Shown here one piece after another: positions 26,137-37,945 of a stretch of DNA of 64,000 bases (position 1 is its first letter; each line of letters begins with the position of its first letter). The notes under the pieces are model-generated. The model had not been told where the DNA came from, did not search any database, and saw nothing but the letters and a program-made list of their open reading frames with translations. This stretch comes from Blastocatellia bacterium (GTDB taxonomy: Bacteria > Acidobacteriota > Blastocatellia > RBC074): contig JAXLQQ010000020.1 of NCBI GenBank assembly GCA_046331525.1, positions 178 through 64,177 of the forward strand. The letters run 5' to 3'. A program made the position numbers and the translations under genes.

Positions 26137-27003
26137 TTACGAGGTTCTGATTTTGAAGCTGATGTCTACCGCTGGCGCAGAGTGCGTAATCGCACCAATC
26201 GAAATCAAATCCACGCCCGCTTCCGCGTAGGCGCGCACGTTGTCGAGCGTGATGCCGCCGGAGGCTTCGGTTAAGGCGCGGCGGTCGGCGGGCGCAGCAG
26301 CTTTGACAGCGGCGACGCATTCACGCACCTGATCAGGCGTCATATTGTCGAGCAGGATGATGTCGGCATTGGCTTGCAGCGCTTGGTGAACTTGTTCGAG
26401 GGAGGCAGTTTCGACTTCAATCTTATGCAGGTGGCCAGCGGCTTCGCGCGCACGGCGCACGGCTTCGGCGATGCCACCGGCTAGGGCAATGTGATTGTCT
26501 TTAATCAGCACGCCGTCATCCAGTCCGAGACGATGATTGCGTCCGCCGCCGCAGGTAACGGCGTATTTTTCCAGCATACGCAGGCCAGGTACAGTTTTGC
26601 GCGTGTCTACAATTTGCGCGTCGGTTCCGGCAATTGCATCAACGAAGAGCTTGGTTTTTGTGGCAATGCCGGAAAGATGTTGCAGGAAGTTGAGCGCAGT
26701 ACGTTCGGCAGCGAGGAGCGTTTGTGCTTCGCCTGCGACGCGCGCGAAGACTTTTCCGGCTTTGATTTCATCGCCGTCGTTGGCAGTGGATTGGATTTGC
26801 GTCTCGACATCAAACCACCCAAAAACCGCGTCGGCGACCTCAATGCCCGCCAACACCAAATCCTGTTTGGCCAGAAAACTGCCGACACCACGCGCGGCAC
26901 TGCGAATCGTCGCGCGCGAAGTAATGTCGCCGCGTCCTAAATCTTCGAGCAAGGCGCGCTCGACAGCTTCGTAAATGTAATCAGAGTCAAGCGGTAAAAT
27001 CAT
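26137..27003 (-). CDS. nadC: Nicotinate-nucleotide diphosphorylase (quinolinate phosphoribosyltransferase)
   Basis: Motifs EDLGRGDITS, DTRKTVPGLR and GGGRNHRLGLDD. The internal ATG at 27003 fits family length. Confidence 0.9.
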   Translation of the reverse strand: MILPLDSDYIYEAVERALLEDLGRGDITSRATIRSAARGVGSFLAKQDLVLAGIEVADAVFGWFDVETQIQSTANDGDEIKAGKVFARVAGEAQTLLAAERTALNFLQHLSGIATKTKLFVDAIAGTDAQIVDTRKTVPGLRMLEKYAVTCGGGRNHRLGLDDGVLIKDNHIALAGGIAEAVRRAREAAGHLHKIEVETASLEQVHQALQANADIILLDNMTPDQVRECVAAVKAAAPADRRALTEASGGITLDNVRAYAEAGVDLISIGAITHSAPAVDISFKIRTS

Positions 27004-27064
27004 AGCGTGTGATTTATGCCCCAACTGAACAGAAGATACAAGGCTGGCTTTACGCGCAAAAATT

Positions 27065-28114
27065 TTAGGCGGGAAGGTTGCCCGTGCGTCGTTGCCACAA
27101 CTCAACGGCAAGCTTGATGGCGGTAATCATACTGGCAGGATCGGCTTTGCCCTGCCCGGCGATGTCGAAGCCGGTGCCGTGATCTACGGAGGTGCGGATG
27201 AAGGGTAAGCCCAATGTGACATTCACGGCTTCACCAAACGCGAAGCATTTGATCGGAATCAAGCCTTGATCGTGATAGCACGAAACAACGAGGTCGAATT
27301 CACCGCGCGCTGCCCGGAGAAAAATTGTATCGCCTGAATGAGGCCCGCTGACGTTGATGCCGAGCGCATCGCGGCAATGCGCAATCGCGGGCAGCATCTC
27401 GGTGGCTTCTTCCGTGCCGAACAATCCGCCTTCGCCGCCGTGTGGATTAAGCGCGGCAACGGCGATACGAGGTTGCGCAAAGCCAAGCTGTTGTAACTCT
27501 CGATGCACGAGGCGCAGCAATTTTTCGAGCGGTTCTTTTTTGACGTGGGCGGAAACTTCTGTCAGCGGCAGATGCGTGGTCAGTAACGCGACGCGCAGAT
27601 TGGGCGCGACAAAGGACATCGCAAAATCCTGCGTGCCTGTGAGGTGCGCCAACATTTCCGTATGGCCGGGAAAGTGATAGCCGCCAAGATGCAAAGCCGC
27701 TTTATTGATGGGAGCCGTAACCATCGCGTCAAGCTCGCCTGCTAGACACAATTGCACAGCGGCTTCGATGTACTCTCCCGCCGCACGTCCAGCAATGTCT
27801 TTTTCCTGTCCCATCGGCAGCGCGGCGGGCAGATTATCGAGACTATAAATTAATGGCTCATTGGCAGACAGAGCTAATGCTGCCAGCGACGTGCCGGGGG
27901 GAAGTACCGCAAAATTATGAGAGAGTTGAAAAGACCGCGCCCAACGTGTGAGGTATGGCGCATCGCCAATCAGTATGGGAACGCAAGCCGCAAGTACGTC
28001 TTCACTTGCGGCGGCTTTGAGCGCAACTTCCGGGCCGATGCCCGCCGGATCACCAATGGTAATGCCGATGAGTGGCCGTCGAGCCACCTGCGCGTTGCTG
28101 GTTCGCAAAGTCAT
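27065..28114 (-). CDS. pdxA: 4-hydroxythreonine-4-phosphate dehydrogenase
   Basis: Motifs IGITIGDPAGIGPEV, NPHGGEGG and TSVDHGT. Confidence 0.9.
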   Translation of the reverse strand: MTLRTSNAQVARRPLIGITIGDPAGIGPEVALKAAASEDVLAACVPILIGDAPYLTRWARSFQLSHNFAVLPPGTSLAALALSANEPLIYSLDNLPAALPMGQEKDIAGRAAGEYIEAAVQLCLAGELDAMVTAPINKAALHLGGYHFPGHTEMLAHLTGTQDFAMSFVAPNLRVALLTTHLPLTEVSAHVKKEPLEKLLRLVHRELQQLGFAQPRIAVAALNPHGGEGGLFGTEEATEMLPAIAHCRDALGINVSGPHSGDTIFLRAARGEFDLVVSCYHDQGLIPIKCFAFGEAVNVTLGLPFIRTSVDHGTGFDIAGQGKADPASMITAIKLAVELWQRRTGNLPA

Positions 28115-28161
28115 AGCACTGCACGCCAACGGCGTAGACTCAGGCGCAACACTAGGCACCG

Positions 28162-28524
28162 CTATTTCTTCGCGGTTTCACCATCTTTGTAGAGGTATTT
28201 AATGTTGTGCTTGAGAATCAGCAGATTCGGCCCTTCCAGACGATTCAGCTTGAGGCTGTTTTTGTCATACCATTCAATTGAGCCGTGCAACGTTTCGCCG
28301 TCCTGCAACACGATGACCATTGGCGTATGGGCATCCATCTGCTTTTTGTAATAAAAGCTTTCGGCGTTGGTTTGCTCCGGTGGAACCTTTTTGCGTTGCG
28401 CCGCTGCCGCCGCGGATTGCTGAGCGGATTGCTGCGCCGAGTGTTGCGCCGCGCGCGCCGCGTGGACTTGCGCTTCGCGTGCTTTGACATCAGCCAATGT
28501 GGTGCGAATTAACTTCCTATTCAA
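28162..28524 (-). CDS. Hfq-like Sm-fold protein with a Q/A-rich N-terminal extension
   Basis: [37 protein letters not shown] follows the Sm1/Sm2 pattern of Hfq. TTG start with AAGGAG 8 nt upstream. Confidence 0.55.
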   Translation of the reverse strand: MNRKLIRTTLADVKAREAQVHAARAAQHSAQQSAQQSAAAAAQRKKVPPEQTNAESFYYKKQMDAHTPMVIVLQDGETLHGSIEWYDKNSLKLNRLEGPNLLILKHNIKYLYKDGETAKK

Positions 28525-28860
28525 GTGAGTTCTCCTTCTTAGATCAGATTTTCATGGGCTAGGCTGGGCGAGAGGCATTTTCGCCCTCGCTTCTGACTTC
28601 CACCGCTATCTCCCCAGAGAGTTTGCATGATGTGTGCTCACGCCGCGCTTGGTTGCGACAGAGGCTCTGCTATTTCGGTAGTGTGTGAGGCAAACTAACC
28701 GCTTGTCCCAAAGGTTACTTCAAGACATTACTCGTGCGAGCATCTGTAAAGGCAAAATGCGGGAATCATCCATTTGACGCCAAGCCCCGCGCCGGGATGA
28801 TAGACAGCACTGCTGTTCAATGGGTGCCGCTATGCTAGCGCACATTAAACACGAAGCGCA

Positions 28861-28889
28861 AGCCGCAAGCTGCAATAAAGCTTACGGCT
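28861..28889 (-). terminator. Possible terminator hairpin downstream of ftsZ
   Basis: An 11-bp stem AGCCGCAAGCT/AGCTTACGGCT with 1 mismatch and a 7-nt loop. The downstream T-richness on the minus strand is only partial. Confidence 0.3.
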
Positions 28890-28935
28890 CGCTAGTTTTT
28901 GCGACCGCTGGTGAACTGGCGAATCCGGTTAGGAA

Positions 28936-30069
28936 TTAGTCTGCCTTTTTGCGGATATACGCAGGCGTATCATAATCTTCCTGCCGCGACGCCGACGTAT
29001 TATTCGTACCCAAGACGCGCGGTGTGGTGGGAGCCGCGGTGTTTTGTCGTACGGGGAAGTTATGTAAATTCTCGGCGGCTTTGGCTTTCTCAAAGCCAGT
29101 GGCAATGACGGTGATTTTCATCTCATTCTGCAACCGCTCATCCGTCACCGTTCCGAAGATAATGTTGGCATCCGGGTCAGCTTCGTCGTGAATGATGTGC
29201 ATTGCCTCATCCACTTCAAAGAGCGTCAGATCGGCCCCGCCTGTGATGTTAATCAATACACCTTTCGCTCCTTGAATCGTAGCTTCTTCGAGCAAGGGGC
29301 TGGAAATCGCGCGGTGCGTGGCTTCCTGCGCACGATTGTCGCCAAGTGCGTGCCCGGTTCCCATCAGCGCCATTCCCATACCCTTCATAATGGATTTCAC
29401 GTCAGCAAAATCCACATTGATAAAGCCGGGAACCGTAATCAGATCAGAAATGCCCTGCACCGCTTGTCGCAACACATCATCGGCCATGCGGAAGGAGTCT
29501 GACAGGGTCATATTGCGATCTACTGTCTGCTTGAGCCGTTCATTCGGAATGGTAATGAGCGTGTCAACGACGGAACGCAATTCCTGCAAGCCTAGGTCAG
29601 CCTGTTGCATGCGACGTCGGCCTTCAAAGGGAAAGGGCTTCGTCACGACAGCGACTGTCAGTGCGCCCAGTTCTGCCGCAAGCGAGGCGATAATCGGTGC
29701 CGCACCTGTACCCGTGCCGCCGCCCATGCCGACTGTGACAAACACCATGTCTGCGCCTTCTAGCGCTTCCAGAATTTTGTCCGTGTCTTCTAAGGCGGCA
29801 TCACGTCCGATTTCCGGGTTGGCTCCTGCGCCTAATCCTTTGGTCAGGCGTGAGCCAATCTGTAATTTAATCGGGGCATGCGCGCGTTTGAGTGCTTGGG
29901 CGTCCGTGTTTGCTACCAAAAAATCAATGCCCTCAATGCGGGCATCAATCATGTGATTGACAGCGTTACCGCCGCCACCGCCAACTCCGATCACCTTGAT
30001 TCGTGCTCCTGAAGTGGGAGGATCTTCATCAAAGCTGATGTCTAATCCCTGGCGATCATCTATTGCCAT
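28936..30069 (-). CDS. ftsZ: Cell division GTPase FtsZ
   Basis: Tubulin signature [10 protein letters not shown] and NTDAQAL. Confidence 0.97.
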   Translation of the reverse strand: MAIDDRQGLDISFDEDPPTSGARIKVIGVGGGGGNAVNHMIDARIEGIDFLVANTDAQALKRAHAPIKLQIGSRLTKGLGAGANPEIGRDAALEDTDKILEALEGADMVFVTVGMGGGTGTGAAPIIASLAAELGALTVAVVTKPFPFEGRRRMQQADLGLQELRSVVDTLITIPNERLKQTVDRNMTLSDSFRMADDVLRQAVQGISDLITVPGFINVDFADVKSIMKGMGMALMGTGHALGDNRAQEATHRAISSPLLEEATIQGAKGVLINITGGADLTLFEVDEAMHIIHDEADPDANIIFGTVTDERLQNEMKITVIATGFEKAKAAENLHNFPVRQNTAAPTTPRVLGTNNTSASRQEDYDTPAYIRKKAD

Positions 30070-30417
30070 CCTTGGCCTCCTGCTTTACGAGCAAGTTTGG
30101 AAAACATGCCTCTATGTTGGTTAATTGGTTTCTTCGCTCTTTCCGGGTCGGCCATTCGGGCGTTTACAGCATGGCGACGAGATAACAAATTTTTTTTCAT
30201 CTTTAACCGCATTCGCTCAAATCGGAAAGAATCTTGTGACGAGGCTTGTCAATAAATTGAAATACAACAAATCGTGAGATTGAGTGGCTGTCAAAATGCC
30301 ATTCGCATGGATGAGCGAGAACTTATTTTAATGCGTCATCTTGTATGCGATTGCGGATTTTAGCACAACATCTAGATTTGCCAAGTGCAACTCAACCAAT
30401 CTGACTCCTCATCGCAA

Positions 30418-30445
30418 CTTTTTTTAAGCTAGTGCTTAAAAAAAG
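30418..30445. terminator. Perfect AT-rich 12-bp palindromic hairpin CTTTTTTTAAGC-tagt-GCTTAAAAAAAG downstream of ftsA
   Basis: Exact palindrome read from the sequence. It lies about 60 nt after the true ftsA stop. Confidence 0.4.
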
Positions 30446-30503
30446 TGATATTAGTTCTTTTCAAAGACAAAAATTAGGCTTCAACACAGGAAAAACGCCG
30501 CTT

Positions 30504-31762
30504 CTATAAATGCAAAAAGCTGCGAAACATCCCTTTAAATTTCGCCGCTGTGGACGCACCAATGGAAAGCGCCATTCCTGCTTTAGCCTGACTGAATTGT
30601 TGTCCGCCGCGCCGTAACCCATACATTGCCAATCCAACCGCCGTCGCATAACCGGGGGTGGCGACTTCCTCAAAAGGACTGCCCACGTCATGAGCCTGCC
30701 GACACGCACTGGCGCATCGAAAATTTGTTCCGCCACCTCGACGATGCCCGTCAGCAACGAACCGCCGCCTGTCAAAATCACGCCACTCGACAACTGGCGA
30801 TCAAAACCGGAGGCACGAATTTCGTCCTGCACCTGCGTCAACAACTCTTCGGCGCGCGGTTCCAGAATGCCGCATAAAATATCGCGCGAAAGTAAGCGCG
30901 GTTCACGGCCGCCGACACTCGGCACCTCAATCATTTCGGATGCACTCTGCTGATCCATCAACTGACGATACGTGCAGCCGAATTCGCGCTTAATGCGTTC
31001 GGCCTCAGGAATCGGTGTCCGTAAGCCAAACGCAATATCGTTGGTAAAATGATTCCCTCCAATGGGGAAGACCGCTGTATGCCACACCGAACCACGCTGA
31101 TAGATTGCAAGATTAGTCGTTTCTCCACCAATGTCAACCAGCGCCGTTCCAAACTCGCGGTCTTCGTCATTTAAGACGGATTCCGCAGCGGCGAGCGGTG
31201 CTAACAATAAGTCTGACACCATCAATCCGGCACGATTCACGCTCGTCACGATGTTTTGTTTGGCCGCAATCGGGCTCGTGATAATGCGCACGGAAACGGC
31301 GAGTCGTGAACCGAGCATGCCGAGTGGATCGCCAATACCATCCTGATCGTCTACCGTGTATTCCTGTGGCAACACATCAGCAATTTCTCTTCCGGCGGGA
31401 ATCGAAATTGCGCACGCACCATCAATCACGCGCTGGATGTCTTCGCGGGTAATTTCACGGTGACGCGAGGACACCGCAATCACGCCTTTGCTGTTGTGGC
31501 CTTTGATGTGCGAGCCGCCGAGCGCGACAAAAGCCTGCTCGGCGTGCAGTCCCGACGTGCGTTCGGCCAGTTCTATCGCCCGCTTGATGGCATCCACTGC
31601 CGCATCAGGATTGACGATGACACCTTTGCGTAAGCCTTTGGATTCGGCTTCGCCAATGCCCAAAACCTCCAGTTTTCCATCGAGCGGTTCCGCAATCACG
31701 GCGCGCACGTTCGTCGTGCCGATGTCCAGTCCCACGATATGATTTGCAAATTTTCTAGCCAT
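30504..31762 (-). CDS. ftsA: Cell division protein FtsA, with an apparent 1-nt frameshift near the C-terminus
   Basis: Actin-like fold motifs ([20 protein letters not shown]). After VRVGR the long ORF becomes nonsense, while the canonical tail [22 protein letters not shown] and an amphipathic helix continue in the 30504-30686 frame. Confidence 0.9.
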
Positions 31763-31789
31763 AATCAGTAACCTCTTTCGGGTGAGGAG

Positions 31790-32899
31790 TTATTTCAATC
31801 CCACCGCCACACGATCCGCGTGCATGACGTTGAGATAGGCAATGCCATCGCTGTGAACGAGTTTTTCCGCGTCCGTAATTTTGTAAAAGCCGAGCGTCGA
31901 AAGGTCTTTGCGCTCAATCGCGTCCAGCACCTTCAACGCTTTCTCCAATCGCGCGCGAAATTCCGCGTCGCCCAGGAGCACGTCCACGTTGTATTTCTGT
32001 AAATGCACGCGCACGGCTTGCGGTTCCTGCAGGCGGACTTCATCAATCGACTCGGACAGCTTTATGCTGCCCTGATCCAACTCGGTAAGCAGGCGCTGAT
32101 AGGTTTCCATGCGGCGACGATTCGCGGCCCTGAGTTCATTGCTCGCGCCTTCTTCCAGACCATTGATGATCGGCGGTACTTTGTCGGTTTGGTTGAAATC
32201 GAGTTCGCCCAAACTGCGACCGTCACGGTCTACCCAGACGATGGAATTGCTCGGATTGCGCCAGGGCGCGACCGGTTCGCGTTCGTGAACGGTCACACGC
32301 ACGGCATCAGGCAGCACACGCGCGACATCAGCTTCCAGCACCCAGGGATTTTTTTCGACCGTTGTGCGAAGCGCCTGCAAATCAAGCTGCCACAGTCCGC
32401 GCATTTTGTAGGCGTCCAAGCTACGCAGCACCTCTTCGCGTGAGGCGCGCTTGGTTCCTTGCAGTTCGATTTCTTTCACAACAAAGAACTGCACGCCGGA
32501 CAGTCGGCTGTATGCCATCACGCCGAACGTCAAGACTAGCAGGGCGGCGAGGGCAATCAAGCTTAGATACATCCACCGCTTCGCCGCCTCGCTCACGGCA
32601 GCTTTGCGCGCTCGCTTTTCAACGCGCCCCGCCGGGATTTCGCGTTTGCGCGCCTCGCGTCGTTCCGCCGCGCGTTGTTCGTTCCGCTCGCGCCATTGTT
32701 GATCGTAGCGTGCTTGATAATCCTGCTCTTCCGCTTCCTGCTGATACTCTTCGGGCAAGCCACGCCGCCGCGCGGAGGAAGTGGTTTTGGCACCCGTAAT
32801 CACTTGCGTAGCGGGAATGCTGCGGCTCGCACCGCTGCGATGATGCCGCGCCGCCAAATTGCTGTAACCGGTATTTTCGTTGTTTGGGGATGAAGCCAT
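31790..32899 (-). CDS. ftsQ: Cell division protein FtsQ (POTRA plus FtsQ domain) with a long charged N-terminal tail
   Basis: Position between murC and ftsA. Single TM segment LSLIALAALLVLTFGVMAY followed by a POTRA-like segment FFVVKEIELQGTKRASREEV. Confidence 0.8.
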   Translation of the reverse strand: MASSPNNENTGYSNLAARHHRSGASRSIPATQVITGAKTTSSARRRGLPEEYQQEAEEQDYQARYDQQWRERNEQRAAERREARKREIPAGRVEKRARKAAVSEAAKRWMYLSLIALAALLVLTFGVMAYSRLSGVQFFVVKEIELQGTKRASREEVLRSLDAYKMRGLWQLDLQALRTTVEKNPWVLEADVARVLPDAVRVTVHEREPVAPWRNPSNSIVWVDRDGRSLGELDFNQTDKVPPIINGLEEGASNELRAANRRRMETYQRLLTELDQGSIKLSESIDEVRLQEPQAVRVHLQKYNVDVLLGDAEFRARLEKALKVLDAIERKDLSTLGFYKITDAEKLVHSDGIAYLNVMHADRVAVGLK

Positions 32900-32906
32900 A
32901 AAAATC

Positions 32907-34274
32907 TTAGCTTGCTAAAAACTCCTCGCCTGCTTTCCACACACTACCTGCGCCGAGCGTCAGCACCAAGTCATTCGGTTGTGCCACGTCCGCAATTGCC
33001 TGCGCGCCCTGCTCAACGCTGCCGATGTAGCGCACGTTGCGATGTCCGAAGCGTTCGATGTCTTCCGCCAATGCCTGTGCCGTCACGCCGGGAATCGGTT
33101 CTTCGCTGGCCGCGTAAATATCCGTCAGCAGCACCACGTCTGCATCATAGAAACTTCGCGCAAAGTCTTCGCGTAAGGCCGCAGTCCGCGAGTACCGGTG
33201 CGGTTGGAAAAGGACGATAAGACGGCGACCGCTCGATTTCGCTGCCGCCAACGTCGCGCGAATTTCTGTCGGATGATGTCCATAATCGTCAACCACTAAA
33301 ATGTTGTCGGCGCGTTCGCCCTTGACCTGAAACCGCCGCTCGGCTCCGCGAAACGTTTCGAGTGCGGACGCGATGATTTCAAACGAAAGCTCTAAATCCA
33401 GCCCCACCGCAATCGCTGCCAGCGCATTACTGACGTTGTGCATGCCCGGCACATTCAACTGCACGCGGCCTAAATCCTGCCCGCGATATTTCACGTTGAA
33501 GGCCGAGCCGAAGCGGTCGTGTCTCACTTCGACTTGCGAAGCGGAAATATCGGCTTGGGCGGTCATGCCGTAAGTAATCAAGCGGCGCGTGATGCGCGGA
33601 ATGATCGCCTGTACATTGGGGTCGTCGAGGCAAATAATGACTGCGCCGTAAAACGGAACCTTGTTCACGAACTGCACAAAATGTGCCTGAATCTCATCAA
33701 GGTCTTTGTAAAAATCCAGATGCTCGCGGTCTATGTTGGTTACCACGGCAATCGTCGGATCAAGTTTCAAAAAGCTCTTATCGCTTTCGTCCGCTTCGAC
33801 CAGAATAAAATCGCCGTGCCCCAGCTTTGCATTGCTACCCCATGCATTCAGCCGTCCGCCAACCACGACCGTCGGATCAAGCCCGCCCTGCGTCAGGACA
33901 TATGCCGTCATCGAAGTCGTCGTCGTTTTGCCGTGCGAACCGGCAATCGCTATGCCGTATTTCAGGCGCATCAATTCGGCCAACATCTCCGCGCGCGGAA
34001 TCACCGGAATCTGTTTGCGTACCGCTTCAACCACTTCAGGATTGTCTGCCCGCACCGCTGTTGACGTGACGATGACGTGCGCTCCTTCAATATTGCTTGC
34101 CTTATGGCCTTCGTGAACGATGCCGCCCAACGCTTCCAGCCGATCCGTAATCGCCGTGCGCTTCATATCCGAGCCGGACACGCGGTAGCCCAGATTCAGC
34201 AACACCTCGGCAATGCCGCTCATGCCGATGCCGCCAATGCCGACGAAATGAATATGCTGGAACTTGGAAAACAT
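32907..34274 (-). CDS. murC: UDP-N-acetylmuramate--L-alanine ligase
   Basis: Motifs [15 protein letters not shown] and [11 protein letters not shown]. Confidence 0.95.
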   Translation of the reverse strand: MFSKFQHIHFVGIGGIGMSGIAEVLLNLGYRVSGSDMKRTAITDRLEALGGIVHEGHKASNIEGAHVIVTSTAVRADNPEVVEAVRKQIPVIPRAEMLAELMRLKYGIAIAGSHGKTTTTSMTAYVLTQGGLDPTVVVGGRLNAWGSNAKLGHGDFILVEADESDKSFLKLDPTIAVVTNIDREHLDFYKDLDEIQAHFVQFVNKVPFYGAVIICLDDPNVQAIIPRITRRLITYGMTAQADISASQVEVRHDRFGSAFNVKYRGQDLGRVQLNVPGMHNVSNALAAIAVGLDLELSFEIIASALETFRGAERRFQVKGERADNILVVDDYGHHPTEIRATLAAAKSSGRRLIVLFQPHRYSRTAALREDFARSFYDADVVLLTDIYAASEEPIPGVTAQALAEDIERFGHRNVRYIGSVEQGAQAIADVAQPNDLVLTLGAGSVWKAGEEFLAS

Positions 34275-34275
34275 A

Positions 34276-34380
34276 ATTTGAGATTTGAAATTGGAGATTT
34301 GAGATGAGTTGGTTACAAACTCACAAGGCTGAAATTTGAGCGGTTCTTCCCTCTCAAATTTCCAATCTCCAATCTCAAAT
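34276..34380. repeat. Imperfect roughly 29-nt inverted repeat (GAGATT/TTGGAG-unit arms) filling the murG-murC spacer
   Basis: The left arm 34276-34304 pairs with the right arm 34352-34380 with about 4 mismatches. The right arm ends at the murG stop. Confidence 0.6.
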
Positions 34381-35450
34381 CACCTTATCCTCTCTGCTAT
34401 ATCAACTACTCTTGCCGCCGCGTCGGGATGCGCCAGCTTTTTGCTGGCTGCGCTCATTGCTGCCAATCGCTCGGCATCGCCAATCAAAACCAATAACTCG
34501 CTGGCCAATCGTTCGCCGCTCAACTCTGATTGCAAAATCATCCGGCCTGCGCCTGCGCGTTCGACGGCTTCGGCGTTTTTGCGTTGATGATCGTCGGCGG
34601 CCCAGGGGAAGGGAATCATCAAGGCGGGACGACCTGCTGCTGCTAATTCAGCAACCGTCGTTGCGCCCGCGCGTGAAATCACCAAATCAGCGTTGGCAAA
34701 CTCATCCACGATCTTTTCCAGAAACGGTTTTACCGTGACGTGCAGCGATGATTTCGCATACGCTGCTTTCACTTTTTCAAAATCCAACTCGCCCGTTTGG
34801 TGCGTGATGGAGAGGCGCTCTTTGTGCGGTTCCAGCATCGGAATCGCCGCGATCATCGCTTCGTTAATCGCGCGCGCGCCTTGACTGCCACCCGTAATCA
34901 AAATGCGAATCGTGTCGCTCGGCGTTTTTGCCGGAATGCTGAAAAACTCGGCGCGCACCGGATTGCCGGTGATTTCCGCTTTGCCGCGAAAGAACGATTT
35001 GGCCTCGTCAAACGAAACCGCCGCCGCTTTGACAAAGCGCGCCAGCACGCGATTCGTGAAGCCGGGCAGCGCGTTCGATTCCGCCACCATCGTCGGCACG
35101 CCCAGCAATGATGCGACCATTAACATCGGCCCTGACGAATATCCGCCCACACCAATCACGACATCTGGTCTGTATTTCCCAATCAAAGAACGAACCGCAA
35201 AAAAGCTTTTCGGTAGTAGCAGGAGCGATCTCATACGTTTGGCAGCATTCACTCCTTTCAGCGCAGCAACTTCAATTAACTCTAGTTTGAACCCTTCGCG
35301 CGGCACGATCTTCGTTTCCAGGCCGCGTGCAGTGCCGATAAAAACAATGCCGCAGTTGGGATTGCGCCGCCGGAACTCCTGCGCAATCGCGACACCGGGA
35401 TAAATATGCCCGCCCGTGCCGCCGCCTGCGATGATGACGGAACCGATCAT
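34380..35450 (-). CDS. murG: UDP-N-acetylglucosamine--N-acetylmuramyl-(pentapeptide) pyrophosphoryl-undecaprenol GlcNAc transferase
   Basis: Motif [14 protein letters not shown]. The ATG at 35450 overlaps the ftsW stop in an ATGA overlap. The longer 435-aa ORF is an upstream extension. Confidence 0.95.
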   Translation of the reverse strand: MIGSVIIAGGGTGGHIYPGVAIAQEFRRRNPNCGIVFIGTARGLETKIVPREGFKLELIEVAALKGVNAAKRMRSLLLLPKSFFAVRSLIGKYRPDVVIGVGGYSSGPMLMVASLLGVPTMVAESNALPGFTNRVLARFVKAAAVSFDEAKSFFRGKAEITGNPVRAEFFSIPAKTPSDTIRILITGGSQGARAINEAMIAAIPMLEPHKERLSITHQTGELDFEKVKAAYAKSSLHVTVKPFLEKIVDEFANADLVISRAGATTVAELAAAGRPALMIPFPWAADDHQRKNAEAVERAGAGRMILQSELSGERLASELLVLIGDAERLAAMSAASKKLAHPDAAARVVDIAERIR

Positions 35451-36598
35451 TCCTCCGCCTTCGCCTGTTCCGAGATGTTGAGCAATACGCCGATAGCGGC
35501 TAACGCAAAGACCAGCGACGAACCGCCCGCGCTCACAAATGGCAACGTAATGCCTTTTGTCGGCACTAAACTCAGCACAACGCTCATATTGAAAAACGCT
35601 TGTGCAATCAGCATCGTCGTTAAGCCAATGCCAAGCAGTTGCCCGAATTGATCGGGTGCGCGAAAGCTTGCTTTCAAGCAGCGCCACATCAGCAACCCAA
35701 ACACCAGCACAATCACAGTTGTGCCGACAAACCCCAACTCTTCGCCGACAACCGCAAAGATAAAATCGGTTTTGGCTTCAGGTAGAAAACCAAGCTTTTG
35801 TTTACCTGCTCCCAGGCCCACGCCCGACACGCCACCGGAACCAACGGCGTAGAGCGATTGATTGATCTGATAGCCTGCACCTCTTCGCACCGCAGGCGAA
35901 GCTTCCGGGTCCATAAACGCAATCAATCGTGCCAGTCGAAACTTTTCGCCCATAATGTAGACATATCCGACAACTAACACAGGCGGAATCAACGTCAGCA
36001 GATGCCAGATCGGGACACGCCCCACCACCAGCAGCACGACAAAGATAATGCCGAGCATCAGCGCCGTACCCAGATCAGGTTCTTTCAGGATGAGCAGAAT
36101 GAGTGCGCCAGTTACGATCCCCGCAGGCAGAAACGTCGTGCGAAAATCCCATTCGCGCTGTTCTTCATTGCGGCGCGTCAGGAAGTAGGCCAGAAACGTG
36201 ACCAGCACGATTTTTGCCAGTTCAGATGGTTGTGCTGACAGCGGGCCAAAACGAATCCACCGCCGCGCGCCATTCGCTTCACGGAAAAACAGCACCGTAA
36301 TCAACAGCGTCACGCTGCTCACCAGCCCCAATAAAATCAGGGTCGGCGAAGCGTAGCGTTGATAATCAATGCGCATCAGAATCAGCATTACCACGATGCC
36401 AATCGCTGCCCAGCCCGCCTGCCGCAAGACCGCACTGAACGAGCCTTCAAGCTGCGTCGAAGCGTGAAAGCCCGACGCGCTGTACACCATCACCAGACCA
36501 AACAATGTGAGGCCGATTGCCGCGCAGGCCATCAGCACATCCCATTGCGCTTCCTCAATGGCGGTGAAAAATTTATTGCTGATAATTTCCTTTGCCAT
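35447..36598 (-). CDS. ftsW: Peptidoglycan glycosyltransferase FtsW (SEDS family)
   Basis: Multi-TM SEDS protein with motifs [16 protein letters not shown] and [10 protein letters not shown]. Confidence 0.95.
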   Translation of the reverse strand: MAKEIISNKFFTAIEEAQWDVLMACAAIGLTLFGLVMVYSASGFHASTQLEGSFSAVLRQAGWAAIGIVVMLILMRIDYQRYASPTLILLGLVSSVTLLITVLFFREANGARRWIRFGPLSAQPSELAKIVLVTFLAYFLTRRNEEQREWDFRTTFLPAGIVTGALILLILKEPDLGTALMLGIIFVVLLVVGRVPIWHLLTLIPPVLVVGYVYIMGEKFRLARLIAFMDPEASPAVRRGAGYQINQSLYAVGSGGVSGVGLGAGKQKLGFLPEAKTDFIFAVVGEELGFVGTTVIVLVFGLLMWRCLKASFRAPDQFGQLLGIGLTTMLIAQAFFNMSVVLSLVPTKGITLPFVSAGGSSLVFALAAIGVLLNISEQAKAEE

Positions 36599-36601
36599 AA
36601 C

Positions 36602-37945
36602 TCAATTTTGTTGCGCCAGGACAGCGGCCTTAAAAACTTGTCCGCGATGTTCGTAGTTATCGAACATATCAAAGCTCGCACAGGCCGGTGCGAGTAATAC
36701 CGTGTCGCCTGTGTTCGCTAGTTTCCTGCCAAGTATAACCGCGCCTTCCATTGTCGCGGCACGATGAAGCGGCTTGGTGTCAGCGAGCGCGGCGGCGATT
36801 TTGTCCGCGGCGGCTCCAATCAGGATTACGTGTTCGCAGCGTGCATGGATGAGCGGCACGAGCGGAGCATAATCGCCGCCTTTGTCCTTGCCGCCTAAAA
36901 TCACAATGACGCCTCGGTCAAATGCTTCAAGGGCTTTGATGGTCGAATCCACATTCGTCGCCTTCGAGTCGTTGTAAAATTTCACACCGTTGATTTCGGC
37001 TACAAATTCCAACCGATGCTCGACGCCTTTGAAGTTGCGAATCGTTTCCCGCATCGAATCTAGCGATGCACCGCAAATCAAACCGACCGCCAGCGTCGCC
37101 ATCACGTTTTCGAGGTTATGCGCACCGCGAATGCCGATTTCATTGCGTGAAAGCAAGACGTGCTCAACGCCATTCGCACGCGCAATCACGTCGTCGTCGC
37201 GCAGGAAAATCCCTTCTTCCAACTCGCGATTGTTGCTGAAAAACGTCTTGTGCGCGTTCGTTTCCATCGCGGCCACACGCGCGTCATCAGCATTCAGCAC
37301 TGCCAAATCTTCCGGCGTTTGATTGCGAAAGATATTCGCCTTCGCTGCCGCGTATTCGTCCATCGAAGCGTAGCGATCCAGATGATCCGGCGTGATGTTC
37401 AGCAGCACAGCGGCGAACAAATGAAGCGACTGGACAGCTTCAAGTTGAAAGCTGCTTAGTTCAATCACCGTGAAGCCATCGGTGCGTGAGGTTTCGACCA
37501 GTGAAATTAGCGGCGTACCGATGTTGCCGCCCACTTGTGTGGGCAAGCTTGCATTTTTCAGCACTTCGCCAATTAACGTCGTCGTCGTCGTTTTGCCATT
37601 GGAGCCTGTGATGCCGATCAGCCGACCTTGCAGGAACCGCGCGGCCAGTTCGATTTCGCTGATGATCGGTACGCCAGCGGCCATCGCCTTCTGAAACGGT
37701 TCCAGCGCGAGCGGCACGCCCGGACTGGCGACAATCAATTCTGCGTTTTCAAATAACGTAGTTGGGTGTGAGCCGCCAATGACTTCAATTCCTTGCGCCT
37801 GCAACTCTGCGGCAACGGTGATGCTTTCCAGCGGTTGTGCATCGTTGGCAATAACGGATGCGCCACGTGCGTGCAAAAACCGGGCGGCAGCGATACCGCT
37901 TTTGCCTAAGCCAACCACCAGAATTTTTTTGCCCGCCAGTTCCAT
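36602..37945 (-). CDS. murD: UDP-N-acetylmuramoylalanine--D-glutamate ligase
   Basis: Motifs [15 protein letters not shown] and [12 protein letters not shown]. Confidence 0.95.
   Translation of the reverse strand: MELAGKKILVVGLGKSGIAAARFLHARGASVIANDAQPLESITVAAELQAQGIEVIGGSHPTTLFENAELIVASPGVPLALEPFQKAMAAGVPIISEIELAARFLQGRLIGITGSNGKTTTTTLIGEVLKNASLPTQVGGNIGTPLISLVETSRTDGFTVIELSSFQLEAVQSLHLFAAVLLNITPDHLDRYASMDEYAAAKANIFRNQTPEDLAVLNADDARVAAMETNAHKTFFSNNRELEEGIFLRDDDVIARANGVEHVLLSRNEIGIRGAHNLENVMATLAVGLICGASLDSMRETIRNFKGVEHRLEFVAEINGVKFYNDSKATNVDSTIKALEAFDRGVIVILGGKDKGGDYAPLVPLIHARCEHVILIGAAADKIAAALADTKPLHRAATMEGAVILGRKLANTGDTVLLAPACASFDMFDNYEHRGQVFKAAVLAQQN

Noticed and set aside
34380-35687. 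N-terminal extensions in the supplied ORF track. Examples: murG 435 aa, murF 500 aa, murE 512 aa, nadC 324 aa, pdxA 364 aa, the ZIP transporter, the kinase, the RHS genes and rsmH.
   Set aside because: The extensions overlap the upstream gene or the spacer hairpins and lack family-conserved sequence. Internal ATG starts restore canonical N-termini (for example [15 protein letters not shown] for MurG) and give typical ATGA overlaps.
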